DNA of 32,000 nt from Geotalea daltonii FRC-32 (lineage in GTDB: Bacteria > Desulfobacterota > Desulfuromonadia > Geobacterales > Geobacteraceae): the NCBI RefSeq assembly GCF_000022265.1, contig NC_011979.1, forward strand, positions 3,420,001 to 3,452,000, read 5' to 3'. Both the position numbers and the translations under genes were made by a program. The notes beneath the pieces are model-generated. The model had not been told where the DNA came from, did no database searches, and was given only the letters and a program-made list of their open reading frames with translations. Below are positions 25,071 through 32,000 of this stretch, in pieces. Each line of letters opens with the position of its first letter. Position 1 is the first letter of the stretch.

Positions 25071-25850
25071 TTACCTGCCCTTGAATTGTGCCGGACGCTT
25101 TTCAATAAACGCCGTCATCCCTTCCTTCTGATCCTCAGTGGCAAAGCAGATGGCGAAGGCATCCCGCTCCATCATGCAGGCATTCCTGAGATCAACATCG
25201 GCGCCGGCGCCTATGATCTCCTTGGCCATCTTCAGGGAAAGCATTCCACGGCTGCAGATTGTCTTCAACAGAGCCGCCCCTTCGCCAACAAGTTCTTCAT
25301 CGTCATAAACCCGATTAACCAGCCCCATACTCAAGGCTGCTTCCGCATCGATCCGGTTGCCGGTGAAGATCAGCTCCTTGGCCCTGGCCTTGCCCACCAG
25401 CCGCGTCAGGCGCTGGGTTCCGCCAAAACCTGGTATGATGCCCAAGCGGATCTCCGGTGCGGCAAAGACGGCCGAGCGGGAAGCAACGATGAAGTCGCAG
25501 GCCAGTGCCAGCTCGAACCCGCCACCCAGGGCATGCCCTTTGACTGCAGCGATGACCGGTTTGCCGACCGATTCCAGGGCAAACATCACATCCTGCCCCA
25601 GCTGGGAAAAGCGACCCGCCTCAAAGGGTGTCATGTTGCGCATGGCTTCGATATCCGCACCGGCACAGAAGGTAGCACCGGCACCGGTAACGAGAATCCC
25701 TGCCACAGCTGCATTCTCTTTCAGCGAGGCGAACGTGGACAGCATCAGCTGCAGCATCTCGGCATTCAGGCTATTCCTGACGTCTGGCCTGTTCAGGCTT
25801 ACAATTGCTATATTCTCGTCGTGTTTGACTTGTATGGGACGGTTAGGCAA
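25071..25850 (-). CDS. Enoyl-CoA hydratase (crotonase family)
   Basis: The motifs AIVSLNRPDVRNSLN, TFCAGADIEAM, KPVIAAVKGHALGGGFELALACDFIVAS, GIIPGFGGTQRLTRLVG and EGMTAFIEKRPAQF are present. The start is TTG, with GGAGAG 7 nt upstream. Confidence 0.85.
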   Translation of the reverse strand: MPNRPIQVKHDENIAIVSLNRPDVRNSLNAEMLQLMLSTFASLKENAAVAGILVTGAGATFCAGADIEAMRNMTPFEAGRFSQLGQDVMFALESVGKPVIAAVKGHALGGGFELALACDFIVASRSAVFAAPEIRLGIIPGFGGTQRLTRLVGKARAKELIFTGNRIDAEAALSMGLVNRVYDDEELVGEGAALLKTICSRGMLSLKMAKEIIGAGADVDLRNACMMERDAFAICFATEDQKEGMTAFIEKRPAQFKGR

Positions 25851-26156
25851 GGCAGTCTCTCCACGGTTTACGGAAATTTTCTAATGAAGCAAGGTGAAAC
25901 GCCGCAAAATATACCAATTCCGGGTGTGGGGTGTCAAGTTGATTCAGCCGGAATAACGATATATTAGCCCGATATGATCGCAACATCTTCTGCCTTGTCA
26001 TTCCTTAAACATGCTGCTGAAAACGTCATGAGGAGTTCGGGATGCAAGGTTCAAGCGAACGAGGAATCGAGACGTACACTGATGTATGTTGAGTTTCCGA
26101 GTGAGCGGCTACACGGCAGACTGGCCCCGCAGTAGTTTTTAGCTGTCTGTTAAATC

Positions 26157-26185
26157 TTGACATGCAATTAACCTTCTGCTATTAA
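26157..26185 (+). promoter_or_regulatory. Sigma-70-type promoter for tRNA-Val
   Basis: -35 TTGACA (26157-26162), a 17-nt spacer, and -10 TATTAA (26180-26185). The -10 ends 13 nt before the mature tRNA 5' end. Confidence 0.55.
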
Positions 26186-26198
26186 AGTCACACACAAA

Positions 26199-26273
26199 GG
26201 GCGATTAACTCAGCGGGAGAGTGCTACCTTCACACGGTAGAAGTCGTTGGTTCGATCCCAACATCGCCCACCA
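26199..26273 (+). tRNA. tRNA-Val(CAC): tRNA-Val (anticodon CAC), CCA encoded
   Basis: Manual cloverleaf fold. Acceptor GGGCGAT/ATCGCCC (7 bp). D stem ACTC/GAGT. Anticodon stem CTACC/GGTAG with loop TT-CAC-AC. Variable loop AAGTC. T stem GTTGG/CCAAC with loop TTCGATC. Discriminator A plus CCA. Total 75 nt. Confidence 0.9.
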
Positions 26274-26283
26274 AGCACATCAC

Positions 26284-26320
26284 AATGGCCAGGTCCACAG
26301 ACCCGGCCATTTCTGTTTCT
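26284..26320 (+). terminator. Rho-independent terminator after tRNA-Val
   Basis: Stem AATGGCCAGGTC (26284-26295) / GACCCGGCCATT (26300-26311) with one mismatch and loop CACA, followed by the T-rich run TCTGTTTCT. Confidence 0.55.
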
Positions 26321-26625
26321 CATCGCTGCAACACCTTACACTACACGCCATCAACAAACATAATCCCCTTAAACATCCTGCCACAGGCTCATGAGCTCCT
26401 AAGCCACCAGACTACGGACATTGAATTAAAATCTACATGTTTTTTTATTATCGTTAAAGTTACGCCAATGACAGCCCGATAATAAAAATAATTTAGTGCG
26501 ACCAGCATCGCCTTATTAAACTCCCCCTGCAGATGGAATGGCTGTCATTGTGAACGATAGCCGGGATCTAGAAAACAAGCTTGCCCAATCTCACCTATCA
26601 TTCAGTATTGCAAAAGGAGAACGTC

Positions 26626-28191
26626 ATGCGTTTATTCAGCAGCATCAAGTCCAAATTAATTGTCTTTTCGGTTTTCGCTTTCCTGGCTGTGGCTTTCAGC
26701 GTAATTTTTTCCTACTCCATCGCAGTCAAGGAAGTCAGGACCATCATGGAGGCCGATGTCAATTCAATTGCCGATGCGCTGGGCAAAAGCATCAACTACA
26801 TTGCAGCCACCAAGCCCGATGCCTATAAGGAAGAAGGATTTAAAAAATTTATTTACAGCATAAAAATCGGCAAGACAGGCTATCCTTTCATGCTGGACGA
26901 GCAGGGAACGCTGGTGGTGCATCACAAGGAGGAGGGAAAAAACCTGGCGGGGCAAAAGCATATCGACCATATCCGGAGCCATAAGGAAGGCGGCATCCAT
27001 GAATATATGGCCAAGACCACCGGACAGCAGAAGATAGTGGCCTTTCGCTATATTGAGCCCTGGAAGCTTTGGGTAGTGCCCGGAGTGAACGAAGCGGATT
27101 ACTTCGCCCGCATGAAGATTTCCTTCTTTAAATGGAACCTGCTCTTTTCCATCTTGATCATTCTTGTGCTGAGCATCATAAGCATCCGCATTTCACGCCA
27201 AATTACCAAGCCATTGAATGAGGCCATCGGCGTGGCCGACAGTCTGGCAAACGGCGACCTTACGGTGGCCATCGAGGTGAAGGACGGCGGGGAAACCGGG
27301 CGTCTTTTGACCGCTCTGAAAAACATGGTCCACGAGTTGACGATGATGGTAACGGAAATGAAAACGGCGGCGCTGCAGGTGGCCTCGGCTTCCTCTCAGT
27401 TATCGACCACTTCGGAACGCATAGCGAACGGAGCCGAAGAGGTAGCATCCAGGACCGGGACGGTGGCCACCGCCGGCGAGGAGATGGCTGCAACTTCAGG
27501 CGAAATTGCCCAAAACTGTGCCATTGCGGCAGACGGCTCCAGGCAGGCAAACGTTTCAGCAGCGGCCGGAGCGGCGATTGTTCAAGAAACTGTAGCCATG
27601 ATGGACCGTATTGCCGGCAGGGTCAAAGAATCGGCCAAAACCGTGGAGAGCCTTGGGGCAAGGAGCGATCAGATTGGCGAAATAATCGGCACCATAGAAG
27701 ATATCGCCGACCAGACTAATCTCCTGGCTCTTAACGCAGCCATTGAAGCGGCAAGAGCCGGCGAGCAGGGACGCGGATTCGCAGTTGTTGCCGACGAGGT
27801 ACGAGCACTTGCAGAACGGACCACCAAGGCAACCACAGAGATTGCCCACATGATCAAGACCATTCAGCAAGAAACCAAGTCGGCTGTCTCCTCAATGGAA
27901 GAAGGAGTGGGAGATGTGGAACGGGGAACGGCCGAGGCGGCAAAGTCGGGAGAAGCACTTCAGGGCATCCTCGATCACATCGGCTCCGTTACGATGCAAG
28001 TGGGTCAGATTGCAACTGCCGCTGAACAACAGACCTCAACAACAGTGGAGATCAACAGAAACATTCACCAGATCACCGAGGTTGTGCAGGAAACGGCACG
28101 GGGAGCGCAGGATTCGGCTGCCGCAGCGAACAACCTGGCTAAGCTGGCGGTTGAATTGAAGGGTGTGGTTGAGCAGTTCAAGGTGACCTAG
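26626..28191 (+). CDS. Methyl-accepting chemotaxis protein with periplasmic Cache-type sensor, HAMP and MCP signalling domains
   Basis: I trimmed the track ORF (TTG at 26581) to the ATG at 26626, preceded by AAGGAGA. TM1 is [20 protein letters not shown]. The Cache-like motif is [19 protein letters not shown]2 is [16 protein letters not shown]. The HAMP region is [22 protein letters not shown]. The conserved signalling hairpin is [40 protein letters not shown]. Confidence 0.9.
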   Translation: MRLFSSIKSKLIVFSVFAFLAVAFSVIFSYSIAVKEVRTIMEADVNSIADALGKSINYIAATKPDAYKEEGFKKFIYSIKIGKTGYPFMLDEQGTLVVHHKEEGKNLAGQKHIDHIRSHKEGGIHEYMAKTTGQQKIVAFRYIEPWKLWVVPGVNEADYFARMKISFFKWNLLFSILIILVLSIISIRISRQITKPLNEAIGVADSLANGDLTVAIEVKDGGETGRLLTALKNMVHELTMMVTEMKTAALQVASASSQLSTTSERIANGAEEVASRTGTVATAGEEMAATSGEIAQNCAIAADGSRQANVSAAAGAAIVQETVAMMDRIAGRVKESAKTVESLGARSDQIGEIIGTIEDIADQTNLLALNAAIEAARAGEQGRGFAVVADEVRALAERTTKATTEIAHMIKTIQQETKSAVSSMEEGVGDVERGTAEAAKSGEALQGILDHIGSVTMQVGQIATAAEQQTSTTVEINRNIHQITEVVQETARGAQDSAAAANNLAKLAVELKGVVEQFKVT

Positions 28192-28374
28192 GAATCTGTC
28201 GGATCCTCTAGGAGTCTGTCGGACTTAGGGATCGAAGCGAGAGAATGGAAAATCGAGGACGGATATTTGGAAATTTGAGAGCGAATAGTGGACCTGTTTG
28301 TCGAAAATTTACGGAGATCCGGACTGATTTGCCATTTTCGCAGCCGATTCATTCTAAGTCCGACAGACTCCTAG
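28188..28374. repeat. MITE-like / long-hairpin element: perfect 21-bp terminal inverted repeats plus an adjacent degenerate direct copy
   Basis: CTAGGAGTCTGTCGGACTTAG at 28208-28228 is the exact reverse complement of CTAAGTCCGACAGACTCCTAG at 28354-28374. The spacer is 125 nt with further imperfect complementarity. A degenerate direct copy, CTAGGAATCTGTCGGATC, lies at 28188-28205 and overlaps the MCP stop codon (TAG, 28189-28191). Confidence 0.7.
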
Positions 28375-28564
28375 GTCAGATCCATGTTGACCTTGCTTTT
28401 TTGATGCTTTTCAGGTAAAAGTCAAAAGTTAAAATTCAGCAGGCATCTTTAATCAAATCAAAGTGAATTCGCTTTAATTTCAGCGAGTTTGCCTGCCAGC
28501 CAGCTTCCTTTCCGTTCCTTGTGCGCAGACCAGCATCAGCAAAAATGTAACATGATAGGAGATT

Positions 28565-30223
28565 GTGTTGAACCAGTTTCAGACCAGGAGTGACGCAACG
28601 GGTCATCCCTCGGAACTTGCCTGCCCAGGCTGGTGGTTACCGTCATCACAGTTATCATCACATGGAAACAGCCTGTCGGAGGCGCTTCGACAGGTCACTC
28701 GCCCCCTTTACCTGGTGAAGGCCGGGGAAGCCATCTGGGCAAAGACGGATGGCAGCGCCCTCTTCGGCCAGGAAAGACCGGATGGCGGCCTGCCGATCAT
28801 GGGTCAGGCTTTACCCTGCCTGCCTGAAAAGCTGGGAGATGCACAATTTTGCCGGGACCTTGGCATCCACTACCCCTATATCGGCGGTTCCATGGCCAAG
28901 GGTATAAGTTCCGCCGCCATGGCTGAGGAGTTGGGGCGAGCGGGAATGTTCGGCTTTTTCGGCGCCGCCGGCCTCCCCTTTGCCGAGGTAGAGGCCACCG
29001 CTGACAGGCTGGGCAAGGTCGATATTCCCTATGGTTTCAACCTGATCCATTCTCCACACGAACCCGACCTGGAGGACGCCCTTTCCCGTCTTTACATCGA
29101 CAAAGGAATCCGGGTCATCGAGGCTTCCGCCTTCCTCGCCCTGACTCTCCCACTGGTCCGTTATCGGGTCCATGGCATCCATCGTGCCGCCGACGGCACC
29201 ATCGTCACCCCCAACCGCATTATCGCCAAGGTCTCGCGGGAAGAACTGGCGGCACGATTCTTCTCACCCCCGCCGGAAAAGCACCTGCGGTCATTGATCG
29301 CTGCCGGTGAGATCACCGGGGCCCAGGCAGAGCTTGCGGCACAGATTCCCATGGCCCAGGATATCACTGCCGAAGCGGATTCCGGTGGCCATACGGACAA
29401 TCGTCCCGCCATCGCCCTTTTTCCCACCATCCTTTCCCTGGCTGCCAAACACCAGGCAAACTACAGCGGCATCAGGCTAAGAGTCGGTCTGGGAGGAGGC
29501 ATTTCTACCCCTGCCGCCGCAGCTGCCGCCTTTGCCATGGGCGCCGCCTATATCGTCACCGGCTCTGTCAATCAGGCCTGCGTGGAATCCGGCACCTGTG
29601 AAGAAGTGCGGAAGATGCTGGCCGAGACACGCCAGGCCGATGTGACCATGGCCCCGGCCGCCGATATGTTCGAGATGGGAGTGACGGTACAGGTCCTGAA
29701 GCGGGGCACCATGTTTCCCATGCGCGCCGCCAGGCTTTACGAGATTTACCGTGCATACGGCAGCATGGATGAGATACCTGCTGCGGAAAAAGAGAAGCTG
29801 GAACAAACCCTGTTCCGCAACAAGCTGGAGAACATCTGGCAGGATACTCGCGCCTATTTCCAGCAGCGCGACCCGAGCCAGGTGGAGCGGGCAGACCGGG
29901 ACCCCAAGCATCGCATGGCCCTGGTTTTCCGCTGGTATCTGGGACAGGGCGCGCACTGGGCCAGGGACGGAGAACCGACGCGCAAGATGGACTATCAGGT
30001 CTGGTGCGGGCCGGCAATGGGCGCCTTCAACGAATGGACTGCCGGTTCGTTCCTGGAGCAGCATTCCCGGCGCACGGTAGTTTCGGCAGCTTTGAATATT
30101 CTCTTCGGCGCCGCTGTCCAGACCCGCGCCGCCATGCTCAGCTGCCAGGGAATTCGCCTGACCCCGGAAGAACTGCAGATACAGCCGTTGGAAACAGCAA
30201 AGATCAAGGAGTACCTTAGGTGA
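28565..30223 (+). CDS. pfaD: PfaD-family trans-acting enoyl reductase of PUFA/polyketide-type synthases
   Basis: 552-aa ORF. The motifs LGDAQFCRDLGIHYPYIGGSMAKGISSAAMAEELGRAGMFGFFGAAGL, AEADSGGHTDNR and YIVTGSVNQACVESG are characteristic of PfaD (TIGR02814-like, NPD/FMN fold). The start is GTG at 28565, after AGGAGA. The exact start is uncertain. Confidence 0.8.
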   Translation: MLNQFQTRSDATGHPSELACPGWWLPSSQLSSHGNSLSEALRQVTRPLYLVKAGEAIWAKTDGSALFGQERPDGGLPIMGQALPCLPEKLGDAQFCRDLGIHYPYIGGSMAKGISSAAMAEELGRAGMFGFFGAAGLPFAEVEATADRLGKVDIPYGFNLIHSPHEPDLEDALSRLYIDKGIRVIEASAFLALTLPLVRYRVHGIHRAADGTIVTPNRIIAKVSREELAARFFSPPPEKHLRSLIAAGEITGAQAELAAQIPMAQDITAEADSGGHTDNRPAIALFPTILSLAAKHQANYSGIRLRVGLGGGISTPAAAAAAFAMGAAYIVTGSVNQACVESGTCEEVRKMLAETRQADVTMAPAADMFEMGVTVQVLKRGTMFPMRAARLYEIYRAYGSMDEIPAAEKEKLEQTLFRNKLENIWQDTRAYFQQRDPSQVERADRDPKHRMALVFRWYLGQGAHWARDGEPTRKMDYQVWCGPAMGAFNEWTAGSFLEQHSRRTVVSAALNILFGAAVQTRAAMLSCQGIRLTPEELQIQPLETAKIKEYLR

Positions 30224-32000
30224 AAAAGAACGACGTGAAACCGGACGCGACTGCAAGCAGCACACCGCTGGCCATTATCGGCATCGGCTGCCTCTTCCCC
30301 CAGGCCAATGATCCTGATGCCTACTGGTCCAATGTTGCCGAAGGTATCGACGCCATCACGGAAATACCCGCCACCCATTGGCAGATCGCCGACTATTTCG
30401 ACGGTGATCCCAAGTCCCCGGACCGCACCTACGGCCGCAGGGGTGGTTTCATTTCACCGATCCCCTTCAATCCCATGGAATTCAACATTCCCCCCAACAT
30501 CCTGGAAGCCATCGACACGTCCCAACTGCTCGGCCTGGTGGTGGCCGGCCAGGCGCTTAAAGACGCGGGCTATGGGCCGGGAAGCGATTATGACCGCAAC
30601 CGCGCCAGCGTCATCCTCGGCGTTACCGGCACGCTTGAGCTGGTCGTGCCCCTGGGAGCGCGGCTGGGCCATCCCGTGTGGCGCAAGGCGCTCAAGGAAG
30701 CCGGAGTGGATGAAAATATCGCCGAGGACGTGGTGCAGCGTATCGCCGACTCCTATGTCTCCTGGCAGGAAAATTCGTTCCCCGGTCTGCTCGGCAACGT
30801 GGTGGCAGGGCGGATCAGCAAGCACTATGATTTGGGGGGAACCAACTGCGTCGTTGATGCCGCCTGCGCCAGCTCCTTCAGCGCACTGCACCTGGCCGCC
30901 ATGGAACTGGATTCGGGCAAGGCCGACATGGTGGTAACCGGCGGCATCGATACTTTCAACGACATCTTCATGTACATGTGTTTCAGCAAGACTCCTGCCC
31001 TCTCCCCCACCGGCAATGCCAAACCCTTTGACGCCTCGGGAGACGGTACCATTCTCGGCGAAGGCCTGGGCATTGTCGTTATCAAGCGGCTGGCTGATGC
31101 AGAGCGGGACGGAGACAGGATTTATGCAGTTGTTCGCGGCATCGGTTCCTCCAGCGACGGCAAGGGGGATGCCATCTATGCACCCAGTGCCGGGGGCCAG
31201 AAAAAAGCCCTGGTTGATGCCTATAATCGGGCAGGAGTCACTCCCGACAGCATCGGGCTCATAGAAGCCCACGGAACCGGCACCAAGGTGGGGGATGCCG
31301 TTGAGGTAAGCGCTTTGCGCGACGTCTATGGTGAAGCAGATACCCCGTGGTGCGCCCTCGGCTCGGTCAAGTCGCAGATCGGCCATACAAAAGCCTCGGC
31401 AGGCGCCGCAGGCCTCATCAAATCGGCCCTGGCCCTGCACCACAAGGTGCTTCCCCCGACCATCAAGGTGGAAAAGCCGCTGAAAGAGGTGACAGCCGAG
31501 CGTACTCCGTTCTATCTTACCACCCGGAAGCGACCCTGGCTTCCCCGTGACAACGGGCCCCGCCGGGCCGCCGTCAGTGCTTTCGGCTTTGGCGGTTCCA
31601 ATTTTCATGTGGTCCTTGAGGAATACAAACCGGCAAAAGAAGCAGCAGACTGGGACGGCAATGTCCAGCTCGTTGCCCTGTCGGCACAGGGCGCCGATAA
31701 GCTGCAGGCTGCCCTGGACAACCTGTCTGCTTCTGCTTCGTGGGAAGAAGTGCGGGCTTTTGCCGCAAAAAGCCGTGCCGCCTTTGACAGCAGAGCTCCC
31801 TTCCGCATGGCTCTTGTCGTTGAACGGGAAAAAACCAATCTGGGTACTGTTGTCAATAACGCCAAGATGATGCTCGGCAAAAATGCCGCCAGTTCCTGGA
31901 GCACCCCCGATGGCGCTTTTTTCGCCCATGGTTCGCCCCCGGGAAAGCTGGGCATGCTCTTTCCGGGCCAGGGAGCCCAATATACCGGTATGCTCAGAGA
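30220..32000 (+). CDS. pfaA: PfaA-like multidomain polyketide/PUFA synthase, 5' part (KS domain followed by the start of an acyltransferase domain); truncated by the window end
   Basis: This gene is not in the ORF track because no stop codon occurs before the window end. The frame opens at GTG 30220, which overlaps the pfaD stop (GTGA). My translation reads LAIIGIGCLFPQANDPDAYWSNV..., then the KS active-site DAACASS (Cys codon 30865-30867), EAHGTGTKVGD, KSQIGHTKASAG and FGFGGSNFHVVLEE, then GMLFPGQGAQYTGM (AT N-terminus) at the window edge. The 508-aa minus-strand ORF at 30454-31980 is its antisense shadow. Confidence 0.85.
   Translation, partial: MKKNDVKPDATASSTPLAIIGIGCLFPQANDPDAYWSNVAEGIDAITEIPATHWQIADYFDGDPKSPDRTYGRRGGFISPIPFNPMEFNIPPNILEAIDTSQLLGLVVAGQALKDAGYGPGSDYDRNRASVILGVTGTLELVVPLGARLGHPVWRKALKEAGVDENIAEDVVQRIADSYVSWQENSFPGLLGNVVAGRISKHYDLGGTNCVVDAACASSFSALHLAAMELDSGKADMVVTGGIDTFNDIFMYMCFSKTPALSPTGNAKPFDASGDGTILGEGLGIVVIKRLADAERDGDRIYAVVRGIGSSSDGKGDAIYAPSAGGQKKALVDAYNRAGVTPDSIGLIEAHGTGTKVGDAVEVSALRDVYGEADTPWCALGSVKSQIGHTKASAGAAGLIKSALALHHKVLPPTIKVEKPLKEVTAERTPFYLTTRKRPWLPRDNGPRRAAVSAFGFGGSNFHVVLEEYKPAKEAADWDGNVQLVALSAQGADKLQAALDNLSASASWEEVRAFAAKSRAAFDSRAPFRMALVVEREKTNLGTVVNNAKMMLGKNAASSWSTPDGAFFAHGSPPGKLGMLFPGQGAQYTGMLR

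Noticed and set aside
24582-25967. 461-aa plus-strand ORF spanning the cobO and crotonase region
   Set aside because: It lies entirely antisense to two well-supported minus-strand genes (cobO and an enoyl-CoA hydratase). Its translation is low-complexity, rich in G/P/A/R/Q, with no recognisable motif. This is a typical GC-rich shadow ORF.
28245-28418. ~57-codon ATG ORF running through the MITE-like element
   Set aside because: There is no convincing SD. The ORF crosses the inverted-repeat arm, and the sequence is better explained as a structured non-coding element.
30454-31980. 508-aa minus-strand ORF
   Set aside because: It is antisense to the plus-strand frame that encodes an unmistakable KS-AT polyketide synthase. 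It has no motifs of its own, so it is a shadow ORF.
1-32000. CRISPR arrays, rRNA genes, integrase/transposase genes, prophage structural genes
   Set aside because: None were seen. The only regularly spaced repeats are the 18-bp palindromes (5337-5463) and the heptamer arrays (21071-21155), and neither has a CRISPR repeat-spacer organisation.

Overview
The window looks like Desulfuromonadota/Geobacter-type chromosomal DNA. I infer this from Geobacter-style CX4CH...CXXCH multihaem modules and SBBP beta-propeller repeats. Spot counts give about 60% GC in the core, and an AT-rich horizontally acquired block sits at the left edge. Almost every gene from 71 to 25850 is on the minus strand. The direction switches to plus at a tRNA-Val gene (26199).

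Contents, left to right:
1. 71-5197: a low-GC, three-gene, same-strand module. It encodes a 2-TM putAbiC-like membrane protein, a KAP-family P-loop NTPase, and a DUF4062 domain fused to HEAT-like repeats. This is my best candidate for an undescribed anti-phage or abortive-infection system. About 140-270 bp upstream lies an array of five 18-bp palindromes (GCATCTAATATTAGATGC).
2. 5718-16753: two giant translationally coupled genes. One is a 1613-aa cytochrome c with about 29 CXXCH motifs. The other is a 2066-aa secreted protein with two SBBP propellers and 12 FN3 domains. Together they are a candidate extracellular electron-transfer module with no porin gene nearby.
3. A LemA/TPM/TPM triad, a SemiSWEET, trmJ, dedA, and an L,D-transpeptidase.
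4. A B12 accessory operon: two crotonases, cobO, a B12-binding mutase domain and meaB. No mutase catalytic subunit is present.
5. tRNA-Val(CAC), a Cache/HAMP chemoreceptor, and a MITE-like inverted-repeat element.
6. The start of a pfaD/pfaA-like PUFA-type PKS cluster that runs off the right edge.

Also notable are two adjacent heptanucleotide tandem arrays at 21071-21155. All family assignments come from motif recognition by eye. No searches were run.
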